This document shows, piece by piece, positions 13,330-26,093 of a stretch of DNA of 64,000 nucleotides. The stretch is taken from NCBI RefSeq assembly GCF_902713615.1, contig NC_052149.1, positions 63,229,443 to 63,293,442 of the forward strand, written 5' to 3'. Below the pieces are notes generated by a model. That model ran no database searches. It saw only the letters and a list, made by a program, of their open reading frames with translations, and was not told the origin of the DNA. A program made the translations under genes and the position numbers. Source of the stretch: Scyliorhinus canicula. Taxonomy: Eukaryota. Position 1 is the first letter of the stretch. Every line of letters begins with the position of its first letter.

Positions 13330-14422
13330 TGTAGGCATCTGGGATGGCCACTTGTAGAATACAAAATGGACACTTGCAAAGAATGTAGGGAATTGTGGAC
13401 AATGTTAGGAAAACAAGCAGGCAGAGAGCCTGCATGCATATTGGAGAGACAGCTCCCTGACGGAATTGAAACAATAGGTCAATTAGCATATTGATGGCCC
13501 ATCTCCGGGAACAAAGGAAAGACACTCAAGCAACCGATACTGTTGCAGACATCCCAGTTCCAGTTCCCCAAACCGAAAGCACAAACAAAGCCAAGCCAAC
13601 GGCCACCTAAGACACGCCCAGCCATCAGGGCACCCACCCCTTTATTGGTCAAGATCGATAACAGTGATTGAGAAGCGGCCCAATTAATTGGGGCCAAGTT
13701 TAAGGCCCGCCTAAAAGCGCGCGAAGCCCCTCCAGGTATAAGAAGGAATCCTGAGGAGAGATTCTCTCTCTTGGAATTGGCTCTCAAAGTGGAGAGACCC
13801 TTCCACCAGCTGCACCAGAAACAAGTAAGTTAGAGATAGTTTAGTTTGTAGCATTTTGTGCATGAGTAGATCTTACTGTGTGTGTAAATAAATAGTATTG
13901 ACTTTGAACTAACTAACTGGTGTATTGGCTCTTTGATCAGTATGGGCAGCACGGTAGCATGGTGGTTAGCATAAATGCTTCACAGCTCCAGGGTCCCAGG
14001 TTCGATTCCCGGCTGGGTCACTGTCTGTGCGGAGTCTGCACGTCCTCCCCGTGTGTGTGTGGGTTTCCTCCGGGTGCTCCGGTTTCCTCCCACAGTCCAA
14101 AGATGTGCGGGTTAGGTGGATTGGCTATGCTAAATTGCCCGTAGTGTCCTAAAAAGTAAGGTTAAGGGGGGGGGGGTGTTGTTGGGTTACGGGTATAGGG
14201 TGGATACGTGGGTTTGAGTAGGGTGATCATGGCTCGGCACAACATCGAGGGCCGAAGGGCCTGTTCTGTGCTGTACTGTTCTATGTTCTATGTTCTATAT
14301 TCGGGTTTGAACCTTGTGGCGGTATTGAGAAATACCTGGCGACTCTAAGTGTAAACATAATTAGGATTAAGGAAGGCGACCATATTGACTGCCATATTTA
14401 TAACCAAATAAATGTAGCAACA
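13330..14422 (+). mobile_element. Long solo LTR inserted in Gypsy RT
   Basis: TG...CA; TSD ccag/ccac; TATAAG near 13737 and AATAAA near 13887; host RT (IIIWGS / EEHNDRL) resumes after it. Confidence 0.7.
13944..14297 (+). mobile_element. HE1-type V-SINE, full length, CR1-like tail
   Basis: tRNA-like head gggcagcacggtagc with B box ggttcgattcc; V core; (tatgttc)n tail. Confidence 0.92.
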
Positions 14423-14507
14423 CCACCTAAGAGGAACACAATGACAGGCTAATATGAGTATTGCAACGTCTTAACAAGGCCAAATGTCAATTTGGTGTGA
14501 AGGAATT

Positions 14508-16184
14508 TATTGTGTTCTGTGGCTCCCCCAATGATGAAGACGCACAAAGAACATATGTGTTCAATCAGAACGATGATTTATTGTTAAACACGTGGAAAGA
14601 TAACTAACAGATTTATATATAAAGTTACCTAAATTCCTAAGGAGCAACTCTAAGTGCCACTGTCCTACTGTACGTCCTACAACCAACTGCCGAGTCACGT
14701 CAGTCACGTGATGCATATCTGGCACCACCGGCTGGCAGCAGATCATACCTATGATTACACATACTGTTAAACAGCTTTATACATGTGATGAATGGTATCG
14801 GTAACTGCTGTAACTGTACCTTGCCTTTAATACATTGGCCCTTTAAGACCGGGCTTGGAACCCTGGGGGACTCTGCCTCTGGCTCCGCCCCCAGGAAATG
14901 GTACATAAGATGATGCTCACTGGGCAGCAGGCTGTGAGCACACTTCTCGGCAGCTGTCCGGTTCTCTGATGATTAAAGCCTTTGAATTACCAATCTTCTC
15001 ACCCATGTCGTAATTGAGGGTATTACAATACATTTATACAGCTACATACAGAAATGCATGTATGCATATCACCACACCCTCCTTCCTTTGGAGAGATAGA
15101 TATTTACAAACACATATAATGCACATTTTGTTATAAGTTCAGTCTGTCAGGCATATGCCTTATTCTGGCCACTCAAGGTGCCGTCCGCACTGAGGCCACA
15201 GTTCTTTTCGGACTGCGTCACTATGCTTATGATGCCAGCATCTTCTCCAAGATTGTCAGCAACATGTTGAGCTGAGGATACTGATCTGTTGTGCAGCCAT
15301 CTCACTAGCCTGGCAGATCTTGATGACATTTTCTAATGTGAGAGTGTCTTCCCACAATCATCACTCTCAAAACCTATCATTCAATGTCCCAAAAACAATT
15401 TGGTCACGGAACATCGATGACTGAAGATTTTTGAAATTACAAGACTGGGCTGTCAACTTCAAATCTGTCGCAAAACCATTGAACGATTCAATAGCTTTTT
15501 TGGTCCGCGTATGGAAAAAGTATCTTTCAAATATCTAATTCTTTCTCAGAGAGCAGTGCCAATTGAAGCAATCAATCACCTCATAGTAATGCAATGCACC
15601 TCCTGTCAGGCTGTGCCTGGAGGCCAAGAGCTAAGACAGTTTGAAAACCCACCAGTTTTCGTCTATGTTAACCAAGACTTGAAGGTGGCGGGATGCCTTT
15701 AAACCTTCTATCTCAAACTTCACAGTCGCCTGTTGCATCGAGTCGCAAATAGCCGTAGTTCACCAGGTTGGTGGAGAATTTGCTTGTTTTGATTCTAGTA
15801 GTCTTCAGCGTAGTTTGCCTTGTCTTGTCTGTAGTTATCTTTAGTTATTCAACACTCCTGATTTCATGTTGTGTTCCCGCAATGATGAAGACACACACAG
15901 ATCATATATGTGTTCAACCAAAAGAATGATATATTGTTCAACATGCCGGAAGATAACTAACAGGTCTATATACAAACAAAGTTACTCAAGTTCCTAGGGA
16001 GCTACTCTAAGTGCAACTGTCCTACTGTACGTCCCACTATTAACTACCAAGTCATGTGAGTTACGTGATGCACGTATGGTGCCACCCGCTGGCAGGAGGT
16101 CATACCTGTGATTACACATACTGATAAACAGCTTTATACATTTATACAGCTATATTCAGATATGCTTGTATGCATATCACCGTA
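14508..16184 (-). mobile_element. Non-autonomous LTR element (TRIM-like) inserted in Gypsy RT
   Basis: Direct repeats 14508-15076 and 15867-16184; minus-strand PPT at 15077-15089; degenerate PBS near 15853-15866; TSD gaatt/gaaat; removal restores FGVKEITFLGD. Confidence 0.8.
14784..15027 (+). mobile_element. Solo LTR nested in the LTR of the non-autonomous element
   Basis: TG...CA; perfect TSD ATACA (14779-14783, 15028-15032). Confidence 0.85.
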
Positions 16185-19013
16185 GAAATAACATTCCTAG
16201 GAGACAGATTGTTTGTTCAAGGAATAAAGCCTGATGACATGAAAATACAAGCCATTGCCCCAACCAACAGACAAAAAGGGAGTACTGAGAGTACTAGGCA
16301 TGATTAATTTTATTGGTAAATATATTTCAAACCTCTCAGCGAAGCCAGCATGTCTGACAGAAGTTCTAAAAAAAGTGAATACATCCTCTTGGTCGGACAA
16401 ACATGAGCAAGAGTGGAGCACATTAAAAGCAGCTCTAGCGGCAACTCCAGTTCTAACATTTTTCGAACCGGCCCTGAACATTAAGATTTCGACAGATGCA
16501 TCGAAGGATGGGTTAGTTGCAATATTGCTGCAACAGGGAAATAGAAGTGAGTGGAAGCCAGTAGCTTAGGCATCCAGATCAATGACAGACTATGCTCAAA
16601 TTGAAAAAGAATGTCTAGGATTAGTCAACGGATTAGAGAAATTCCACAGTTACGTGTATGGTCTACCTACCTTCATTGTAGAGAGAGATCACAGACCGTT
16701 AGTAGCCGTTGTCAAGAAAATCCTTAGTGAAATGTCACCTTGCATTCAAAGGATGATGAAACGTCAGAAGTATGACTTTGAATTGATCAATACACCGGGC
16801 AAGCACATTGTAATAGCCGATGCGCTATACAGAGGTACAGCAGCACTGGATCACAATTCCATGGGAGAGGATGTGCAAGTGCATGTGGATATGATCACAA
16901 AGACACTACCAGTGTCAGATGCAAAGTCAAAACTGATTGTTGCAGTAAAGAAAAAACTGATGTTCTGCAAATGGTGATACATAATCTCAACAGTGGATGG
17001 CTGAAAGGTTCATGCTCCAAGTATCATAATATACGATCAGGGCTAAGTGTAGCAAATGATTTGTTACTAAAACAACAGCGAATCATTATTCCACAGTCTC
17101 TACGCAAAGAAATGCTGCAAAAGATTCATGAGGGTCACCTTGGAATCGAGAAATGCAAGAGAAGAGCGCGAGATTCGGTATATTGGCCAGGAATAAATAA
17201 AGATATACAGACAATGGTGGAAAAGTGTACCAGTCGTTAACGATACCAATATCGACAAGCAAAGGAACCAAATTAGATGGGCAAAATTGTGTCAATTCCT
17301 TTGCAAAAGGTGGGGATAGATAGACTTATTCTACCTTGAAGGTAAAGAATATTTGTTAATAGTCGACTTCTATTCAAACTATGCTGAAGGGGCACAGTTG
17401 TTATGTTCGTCAACCAATTGTGTTATGATGTGCATGAAAGCAACATTTACACATAATGGCATTCCTCAAGTTGTCATGAGTGACAATGGTTCGTGCTTCA
17501 ATTGTAAAGAATGGAAGGCATTTGAACAGTATCATGACTTCAGACATGTAACATCAAGACCACTGTATCCTCAGTCTAATGGCAAAGTGGAAAATGGTGT
17601 GCAGATAGTCAAACAACCAATGAAAAAAGCCATGGACAGTCAAGGTGATCCATATCTAGCACAGCTCAGCTATCGAGCATCACCTTTAAGTGGTTTGTCA
17701 CCATCAGAACTGTTAATGAGTCGAAAGCTATGAGCAATTCTGCCATGCCATACCAAACAGCAAGTAAATGACAAGATAAGCAATCAGTTGTACTCTCAAA
17801 AGAGAAGCAAAAGAGTTTCTATGAGAAGCCAACCAGGGCTCTGAAACCTTTAAATCTGAATTAAGTAGAGAGAGTCCTGATGGCTGGTCAAACTGTGCAA
17901 CAGTATTACAGAAAATAGGTCTGAGATTTTACACGGTAATCATGGGCACTCCTGAAAGTTAAACAACCTGCTGCTCGACTGCAAATAGATAATGCCAATG
18001 AAAACGTATATTCTTCAAAACCAACACAACCACAGGACAAATAAAATATCAGTGTACAGTCTAAAGTTCCCAGCAGTGATGTGGTCATAACTAGTTGCAT
18101 TTACAGAAATGCAAGACTGTCAAACAAATTCGTCATAACTACCGAAGCTAAGACGATCAAAAAGACATAGAAAGAAACCTGAAAGACTGAATCCGTAATT
18201 GGACAATACAGCTGTGTAGATATAAATTACTGTGCTGGGCATATCATATATCCTATACAATATTTATTGAAATGATGTATATATGTTTTTGTTCAAAATC
18301 TCAAGGAAAGGGGATGTAGTGATATGCATAAGCAATTATACATGTAAATGTTTGACATTGGACCACTAGGTGGTACACACATTATACCATGTGACACTGC
18401 AACCTAGAGGGAGTAGACAGTTTGTTATACAATACTAAATTCAACTATTCTAGAACTAGATGTTCTTTGGTGCACTGACTCAATCATTGTCCATGCACTA
18501 GAACATAACATTGGTCACACTACCTAAGCTGACGGCCACTGCTACTTCTCCTCAGGCAGCACTGGCTGCACTGTGGCTGATCCTCCGGGTCTCTTGGGGG
18601 AACAGGACATCCCATCTGGCCTCTATCACATCCAACAGTCTGTCCAGATCGACATCCCAGAATCGCGGGCCTGGTCTTCTCGGCGGCATGGTTGCGAGCC
18701 GATTGGGGTTGACTGTGCAGGATTGATTTAAGTGGTGCCTTCCTTTGTTAACGTGGGGCCGGCGATTCAGCTGGCACGACCATCATTTGTGACTTGAAGC
18801 CAGTGGGGCCTTGTTAAGTGGACCCATTCACGTTTTATAGTGATGACGGCTTCGCCAGGCTGAGCGTCGGGAAGCACGCAACAGTTTCCACTCGCTACCA
18901 CACTCAGAAACCTTTCGGTTAATTTACGCCCTAAGTGTTGGTAAATACTGTGCGGATCTTAATCAAAAAGCTGGCAAGAAACACCCTGCCAAGCCCGACC
19001 AAAATGACACTTA

Positions 19014-19137
19014 GGGCTGGATTCTCTGGCTGCATCCGCCTGCAACTGGAAAATTCATGCCCGATGTCAATGGGCCTTTACATGGTCTGCGTTCTACTCG
19101 TGGCGATCTTGGCAGGTGGGCCGGAAGAATCCAGGCC
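19014..19137. mobile_element. Short Harbinger-type MITE
   Basis: TIRs gggctggattct / agaatccaggcc. Confidence 0.6.
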
Positions 19138-19267
19138 TCGTAAATTTTTTGGTTGAATTCTGCCCATTATCTCAACTTGTAGATTGTATCTTCCGGTGGG
19201 AAATGTCCGACGGAACCTAATTTTAGCTATATCATTGGTTCCTATAGGAAAACATGATTCGGATGAA

Positions 19268-19620
19268 GTTTTTTTCCTTTATTTGTTCAAGGGATGCAGG
19301 CATCGCTGGCTGGGCCAGCATTTATTGCTGATCCTTGAGGGGATTAGTCAACCACATTGAAGTGGTTCTGGAGTAACATGTAAGACAGACCACGTAAGGA
19401 TGGCAGATTTCTATCCCTAAAAGACATTAGTGAACCAAACGGGTTTTTACGACAATCAAGAATGGTTTCATGGTCACCTTTAGACTTTTAATTGCAGATT
19501 TTTATTGAATACAAATTCCACCAACTGCCCTGGTAGGATTCAAACCCAGGACCCCAGAGCATTACCCTTCATCTATGGATTACTAGTCCAGCGACAATAC
19601 CACTATGCCACTGTCTCCCC
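19268..19620 (-). mobile_element. tRNA-derived SINE of a non-V family
   Basis: Minus-strand head gggagacagtggcatagtgg...ggtttgaatcc (A and B boxes); A-rich tail. Confidence 0.75.
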
Positions 19621-19881
19621 TTATTTCACTTAAAGTTGTGATTTCCAAGAATGCAACCACAACTTAAAATAAGGACTTACTGTCTTGTGTGTCACACAGT
19701 ATGACACTTTTAACATTGAAAAAGTCCATCACAGCACCATTTACAGGGATAATACAGCACTCTTAATGTAATGAAACATTCCAAGGCATTTCACAGGACA
19801 GAATATGACACCAAGCCATATAAGGGCATATTAGACCAGATAACAAAATCCTTGGTTAAAGAGGTAGATTTTCTGTTCTTA

Positions 19882-20195
19882 AATATCACAGATTGGAATC
19901 AACACAGTGCAGAAGGAGGTCACTCAGTTCATCAAGTCTACACTGACCCTTCGAAAGAGCACCTTACCTCGGCCCATTCTCCCACTCCATCTCCGCCATA
20001 CAGTAACCCCACCTAAATGTTTGACATGCAATTTAGCATGGTCAATCCACCTAATCTATACGTCTTTGGACTGTGGAAACCGGAGTACCCAGAGGAAACC
20101 CACGCAGACACGGGGAGAAAGTGTAAATTCCACACCGTTACCCAAGGCTGGAATTAAACCTGGGCCCCTGGCGCTGTGAGACAACTGTGCCACTG
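19882..20195 (-). mobile_element. HE1-type V-SINE, diverged
   Basis: V core and cttctgcactgt tail on the minus strand. Confidence 0.8.
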
Positions 20196-20425
20196 AGGAG
20201 GAAAATGAGGTAGAGAGGCAGAGAGGCGTAGTGAGGGTATTCCAGAGCTAGGGGCCTACCCAACTGATGGCTGGCCTGTTGGGAAGCTGGTGATAACAGA
20301 ATAGTATCTCTTAAAGAAACCTTGTAATCTTCAGTTGGTTAACAGCAATTCTTTATGAACTACTTGTAATTATATACACATGTACTGGAAAAGGTGCAGG
20401 CAAGAAGTTATCCCCATGTCTAGGT

Positions 20426-20625
20426 CTTTTTATTTTTATAAATTTAGAGGATCCAATTAATTTTTCCAAGTCAGGAGCAATTTAGCGTGACCAATCCACC
20501 TATCCTGCACATCTTTGGGTTGTGGGGGTGAAACCCACGCAAACACGGGGAGAATGTGCAAACTCCACACGGACAGTGACCCGGGACCGGGATTGAACCT
20601 GGGACCTCAGTGCCATGAGGCAGCA
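20426..20625 (-). mobile_element. V-SINE (A-tailed type)
   Basis: V core; 15-bp TSD ccatgtct(a/c)ggtctt. Confidence 0.88.
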
Positions 20626-20654
20626 CCATGTCTCGGTCTTAACCCGCCTCTGCT

Positions 20655-21168
20655 CAGCACCACACTGACCCTAGGTATGGGTCATGTGCTTCTTCCAGCA
20701 CTCTGGGCAGCCAATTAAAATTTGGAATGCACAAGAAGCCAGAATTAGTGGACCGTAGGCATCTTGGAGGGATGTGGGGCTGGAGGAGATTATAGAGATT
20801 ATCGAGATAGGGAGAGGCGAAGCCACGCAGCAATTTGAAAACAAAGATGAGAATTTTAAAATCAAGATATTTCTTGAATGTGAGCAACTGTAGGTCACCG
20901 AGCACAGGGGTGATACAGGAACAAGACTCGGCACAAGTTAAGGCACAGACTGCAAAGTTTTGGATGACTTCAAGTTCATGGAGGTTGGAACATTGGAAAC
21001 CAGCCAAGAGTGTATTGGAATAGTCGAGTCTAGAGGTAAAGAAAGCATGACTGACGGCTTCAGCAGCAAATGAGCAGGGACGGGGCGAAGTCAGGTAATG
21101 TTACAGAGGTGCAAATAGGCAGTCTTCATGATGGCACAAATATGAAGTTGGAAGTTCATCTTAGGATC
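20655..21168 (-). mobile_element. L2 LINE ORF2 3' fragment (further pieces near 19760-19870 and 20200-20280)
   Basis: IQNFAV...CITPVLGDLQLL...FKILIFVFKLL resembles the L2 HITPVL.DLHWLP region. Confidence 0.75.
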
Positions 21169-21183
21169 AACTATGATGCCAAT

Positions 21184-21414
21184 GGGCAGCACGGTGGCAC
21201 AGTGGTTAGCATTGCTGCCTATGGCGCTGAGGACCTGGGTTCGAATCCCGGCCCTGGGTCACTGTCTGTGAGGAGTTTTCACATTCTCCCCGTGTCTGCG
21301 TGGGTTTCACCCCCACAACCCAAAAATGTGGTTAGGTGGATTGGCCACTCTAAATTGCCCCTTAATTGGAAAAAATAATTGGGTACTCTAAATTTATTTA
21401 AAAAAAGAAAAACA
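21184..21414 (+). mobile_element. V-SINE (A-tailed type), full length
   Basis: tRNA head, V core, A tail; 15-bp TSD aactatgat(g/a)ccaat. Confidence 0.92.
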
Positions 21415-22344
21415 AACTATGATACCAATGCTGCCTCTAGCACTTCTGATGAGCATTTATGAAACACCAGTCTACATTAATACATAACATATAATAGATG
21501 AATAGGCGTTAATGCCTGTGTTCTCGTAACTTGCGTCTCCTTTTAGTGCTATTAAACTTTAAACACGTAAGTATTTCTGGATGTTCCTGATTTTGGCTTG
21601 ACAGTCCAGATTAGCCAGATTTCAAAAGTACACAGAACACACCATGGTTGGGATTTTTAGTCACTGATGGGATGAGAACGTGTACAGGTGCACTTTGAAA
21701 ATAGTGCTCCTGGATGGCATATAAACGTCCCAACGTCTCCAGGATGCAGGGAAATTTTCAAAGCAAGGGCGGAGAGGAGTCAGGCACCTATACATCTCCA
21801 AATCGCTGCTCGTTGAGTTCCTTGAGCTTGTTATTGGGCTAGGGAAGGCCAGAGGGTGATTTTCTATTCATAATTCACCAAACCTGAACAGTCACATTAG
21901 TGCACAGCTGTCGGGTTCAATGTGGGGAACAAATAGCAATTTATTTTGATGGTGAAAACTTGGAACCAGTGTTTTTTTGTGTGTGAAATTGGATGCAGAC
22001 CTTTCAGCTGACAGTGTGGCCAATTCATTGAACAGCGAAGCTGCTGAACCTTTGATGTTATTCTTCCTCTTCTCTGCAAGGCAGAGACTGGCCCCATCAT
22101 GGCTGCCAGCTGCCTTTGACACATGGGCTCTGTGGGCAGCTCCTGCCACCTGGGAGAGCTTCCTGGGTCCTGGGTCCACTAATTGGGTGCCAAGTCTACC
22201 GTCAGCCTAATTAGAAGAAACAGTTGAAGAAATAGTCACGTGACTGACACAGATACAAATGGATGTTGGAACCCAGAAATTAGCTGGGCATTGGGTTCCT
22301 GACCCCGGATTGAAAATCAATACCAAAATGCTTGACTTTTAAAA

Positions 22345-22952
22345 TACATAGAGTCATAGATGTTCACAGCATAGAAACAGGCCCTTCAGCCCAGCTGGCC
22401 CATGCCGCCCAGTTTCTATCAGGTAAGTAAGTACCATTTGCCCTATTTGGCCCATATCCCTCTATACCCACCCTGCCCATGTAACTGTCTAACTGATTTT
22501 TAAAGGAAAAAATTGAACCCGCCTCTACCACTGCCTCTGGCAGCCTGTTCCAGATGCTCACCACACTCTGTGTGAAAGATTTCCCCTCTGGTTTCTTTTG
22601 TATCTCTCCACTCTCATCTTAAACCTATGCCCTCTAGTTCTAGACTCCTCTATCTTTAGGAAAATATGTTGATTATCTACCTTATCGATGCTCCTCGTTA
22701 TTTTATAGACCTCTATAAGATCACCCCTAAGCCTCATACACTCCAGGGAAAAAAGTCCCAGCCTATTCAGTCTCTCCTTAAATCTCAGACCATCAAGTGC
22801 TGGTAGCATCCTCGTAAATCTCTTCTGCACTCTTTCTAGTTTAACAATATCCTTCCTATAATAGAGTGACCAGAACTGAACACAGTATTCCATGTGTGGT
22901 CTTCTCAATGTCTTGTACAACTTCACCAAGACGTCCCAACCCCTGTATTCAG
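22345..22952 (-). mobile_element. CR1 LINE, 5'-truncated
   Basis: LYKTLRRPHMEYCVQFWSLYYRKDIVKLERVQKRFTRML...RGDLIEVYKI...RTRGH. Confidence 0.92.
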
Positions 22953-23049
22953 TATTTAATATACATGTGCACTTCCACCCACATCTGTGCTTTAGAACAA
23001 ATTTGCATTGTATATTGGTATATCATGTCCTCAGGAAGTCCATTTATAT

Positions 23050-23290
23050 TTCATAGCCAATAGATTGTTTTATGAGCCTTGGTCATTCTTGTTTTATAAG
23101 AAGATACAAAGAGTTTTGGTGTTGTTAGCTGAGGGATACGTTTTGGACACTAGAAAGACTTCCCTGCTCTTCCTCAAATGACAACATAAAATATTTTACA
23201 TCTACCTGAACAGACATACTCATCCAAACAATAACACTTCTGACAATGTAACACTGATATAGCAGCCTAGTATGTGTGATTAATTATTCA
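23050..23290 (-). mobile_element. Old Deu-domain SINE remnant (SacSINE1/AmnSINE1-like)
   Basis: ccctgctcttc...ttttacatctacctga...ctcatcc...tgacaatg resembles the reverse complement of the Deu domain as I recall it. Confidence 0.5.
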
Positions 23291-23749
23291 GAGTACCAAC
23301 TACTTTTCATTGTGAACAAAGCAAACACAAAAAAACAGAGCCTTGATCTAACCCTCTGGTCTACAGTCCATCTTGCAGCTGTCTAGTTTGTGGCTCAACA
23401 GAAGATGTACTGAAAAATGGCAGCCTTTCTTGAAATTGGAGCTCAATCTCTGACCCCAGCCCTGCAGAATTTATGCAAGATTCTCTGGAGCACCAGACAA
23501 CATAACATATGGGGTGGAACTTGCCATAATTTGGCAAAGTGTCAGGCTCAGACTGAAAACTGACGTGTAACTCTGCGGTTGCACAGACCAGTTTCCTCTC
23601 CCGATATTGAGCCTCTTTAAAGAATAAAATGAATGGGTGTGGTTTACGCCGTCACTCCAACGCAGCTGGGTCCGACAGATACTACTACCAGCTCCACGGA
23701 GATTGTGGCGCCATCTTTATGGGCGACCCAATCAGCCTCCAACATTGAG

Positions 23750-23878
23750 ATGAATGAAATGAAATGAAAATGAAAATGAAAATCGCTTATTGTCACGAGT
23801 AGGCTTCAATGAAGTTACTGTGAAAAGCCCCTAGTCACCACATTCCGGCGCCTGTTTGGGGAGGCTGTTACGGGATAC
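23750..23878 (-). mobile_element. Short SINE with Rex1-like tail, 5'-truncated
   Basis: (catttt)n tail; same body as 41843-42070. Confidence 0.8.
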
Positions 23879-24877
23879 CAGGGGCTTTCCCCCCGCTCTA
23901 TGACAATCATCGCCTGCATCCCCCCCCCCCTCCGATAATCATCACCAGCATCCGCCCTCCTCCTCACCACCACAGAAGTATCATCAGAAATCCATCTCAC
24001 TGCTCTCTTCCTCCTCACCACATATAAATGAGCCGTGTCCATTGGGCTCGCACTAGGTCCACCCCTGGCACTGCTCCAACACAGGTTTACACTGCCAAGT
24101 TGCCATTGTGACGTGGTTGGCAGGGTTCCAACCTAGCAGTGCCAACCTGGCAATGCCAACTTGTGTTGGGGCAGTGCCAGGGCATGGACTGAGTATGTCG
24201 CTCTCCTCCCCAGGGCTATACTGACTGTGTAACCCCAGAGAGAGCCCTCGACCAATTCCTGTTTGGCCAAACCTGTTGTAAACCTCACTGGCATGGTGTA
24301 ATATTGGTGAAGGATGAATATTTAGTGAAAAGGATCATGTGTTGGGAGGGTATTGTTAATAATATTTAAATGCTTTAAAATCTATTCAAATGAAGGGTGT
24401 GAATCTGGTGATGTCACCGGTGAGGACACGATGTATAAAAGCTTGGCCTGAGTGGGAGCTGAGCAGAGAGGTCCCGACTGGAACCTGTGTACATCATGTA
24501 AATAGTTACTTATGTAATAGCCAGTTTCTATTTGCCTCTCGTGTGGACTCCTCTGTGGTCATATTTTGGCAACGAGGATAAAGCAGAGCTGCAGACGGCA
24601 CCGCTAATCATTGGAAACCAAGCCATCTCTACTCATAACAATGGAGAAAGGTTTGCACTACTTTCAAAATGCCACTCTGCAAGAGATTGGATGTGTTTTA
24701 TGTGAGCATAGAAGATTGGACGCAATACGCAGAACGCGCTACTTCCTCAGGGCAAATGCTATAACTGGTGATGAGCACCAGATACTGTTGACTGCCTGTG
24801 GAGGGCCCACCTTCAGCATAATAAAATGCCTGTACCCCACATCCTCAAACACAAAGTTGTTTGAGGAGTTCATAAAG

Positions 24878-25903
24878 CTACGGAGTATAGTACTACAACT
24901 GAAGAGCAGATACATAGAGAGATCAGTTCAGCCCATAAGAGGGTCATTCTATGCGGGAAAGAAGCTGTTTATAAACCTGTTAGTGCGTGTTCTCAGATTT
25001 TTGTACCTTCTGCTGATGGAAGAGGTTGGAAGAGAGAATAACCCAGGTGGGAGGGGTCTTTGATTATGCCTCCCGCTTTCCCAAGGCGGCGGGAAGTGTA
25101 GACAGAGTCAATGGATGTGAGGTGAATTTGCGTGATGGACTGGGCTGTGTTCATGACTCTCTGTAGTTTCTTACAGCTTCGAGCCGAGCAGTTGCCATAC
25201 TAGGCTGTAATGCAGTCAGATAGGATGCTTTCTCTGGTGCATCTATAGAAATTGGTAAGAGTCGTTTTGGACATGCCAAATTTCCTTAATTTCCTGAGGA
25301 AGTATAGGTGGTGTTGTACTTTCTTGGTTGTAGCCTCGATGTGGGTGGACCAGAACAGATTGTTAGTGATGTGCACACCGAGAAATTTGGATCTATCAGC
25401 CATCTTCACCTGGGCACAATAGATGCAGGCAGGGTGTGTACGACACTTTGATTCCTGAAGTTGATGACCAGCTCTTTAGTTTTGCTGACATTGAGGGAGA
25501 GATTGTTGTCATTACACCATGCTAACAGCCTTGTGGGCCCCAGTATTGAGGACTATTGTGGAGGAGGTGTTGTTGTTTATCCTTACTGAGTGTGGTCTCA
25601 GGAAGTCAAGGATCCAATTGCAGAGGGAAGGGCCAAGCACTAAGTTTTGGAGTTTGGGTGTGAACTTAACTGGGATTATGGTGTTGTACGTGGAGCTGCA
25701 GTCAATGAATTGGAGTCTTTGTTGTCAAGGTACTCCAGGGATGAGTGTAGGGCCAGGGAGATAGTGTCTGCTGTGGACCGGTTGTGGCAGTATGCGAATC
25801 TCAATGGATCAAAGCATTCTGGGAGTATGGAGTTGATGTCTCTCATGACCAAACTCTCGAAATACTTCATATTGATCGATGCCAAGGCCACCAGATGGTG
25901 GTG
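24878..25903 (-). mobile_element. Rex1/Babar LINE fragment
   Basis: KYFESLVM...[16 protein letters not shown] and FLGVHITNNLFWSTH...YFLRKLRKFG. Confidence 0.85.
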
Positions 25904-26093
25904 CGTCACAGAGTAATCTGCGGTGTAAATAATAATGGAAGTTACTTGCCAAGTCACTGCTCGCCTTAAGGAAGGCTTGTTATAACCTATATGAGACCTA
26001 CGGGGTTGGAGCAATCAGACTCCCTGTAAGTCTCGTTGGGGACAAGCTTTCCTGTTGAGGGGGGAACCCCATCAGTGGAGCAATGGACACTAT

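Larger units (their letters stand above)
11814..18197 (+). pseudogene. gag-pol pseudogene of the Gypsy element (gag CCHC, RT, RNase H, integrase; protease missing)
   Basis: gag IRDQIVFGI and CKRC...CKCKKHFANQC; RT MPFGI and YIDNII; RNase H STDASKDG and YAQIEKE; integrase IHEGHLGIEKCK, VMSDNGS, YPQSNGKVE; many stops and frameshifts. Confidence 0.9.
10635..18510 (+). mobile_element. Gypsy/Ty3 LTR retrotransposon, decayed, with multiple nested insertions
   Basis: 5' LTR 10635-11079 and 3' LTR 18315-18510 (TG...CA); PBS tggtgccagaagtgg at 11080; PPT aaggaaagggga at 18303-18314; TSD gtggt/ttggt. Confidence 0.92.
9468..18931 (-). mobile_element. Harbinger deletion derivative carrying a Myb/SANT-like gene remnant, split by a Gypsy insertion (own sequence 9468-10634 and 18511-18931)
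   Basis: Minus ATG at 18689 gives MPPRRPGPRFWDVDLDRLLDVIEARWDVLFP; reading resumes left of the Gypsy as RTGI*CRKEINDLHRAAQ with a GT donor at 10574; degenerate TIRs. Confidence 0.7.

Noticed and set aside
13944-14030. tRNA genes at SINE heads
   Set aside because: A and B boxes run directly into V core and LINE-derived tails; no full cloverleaf
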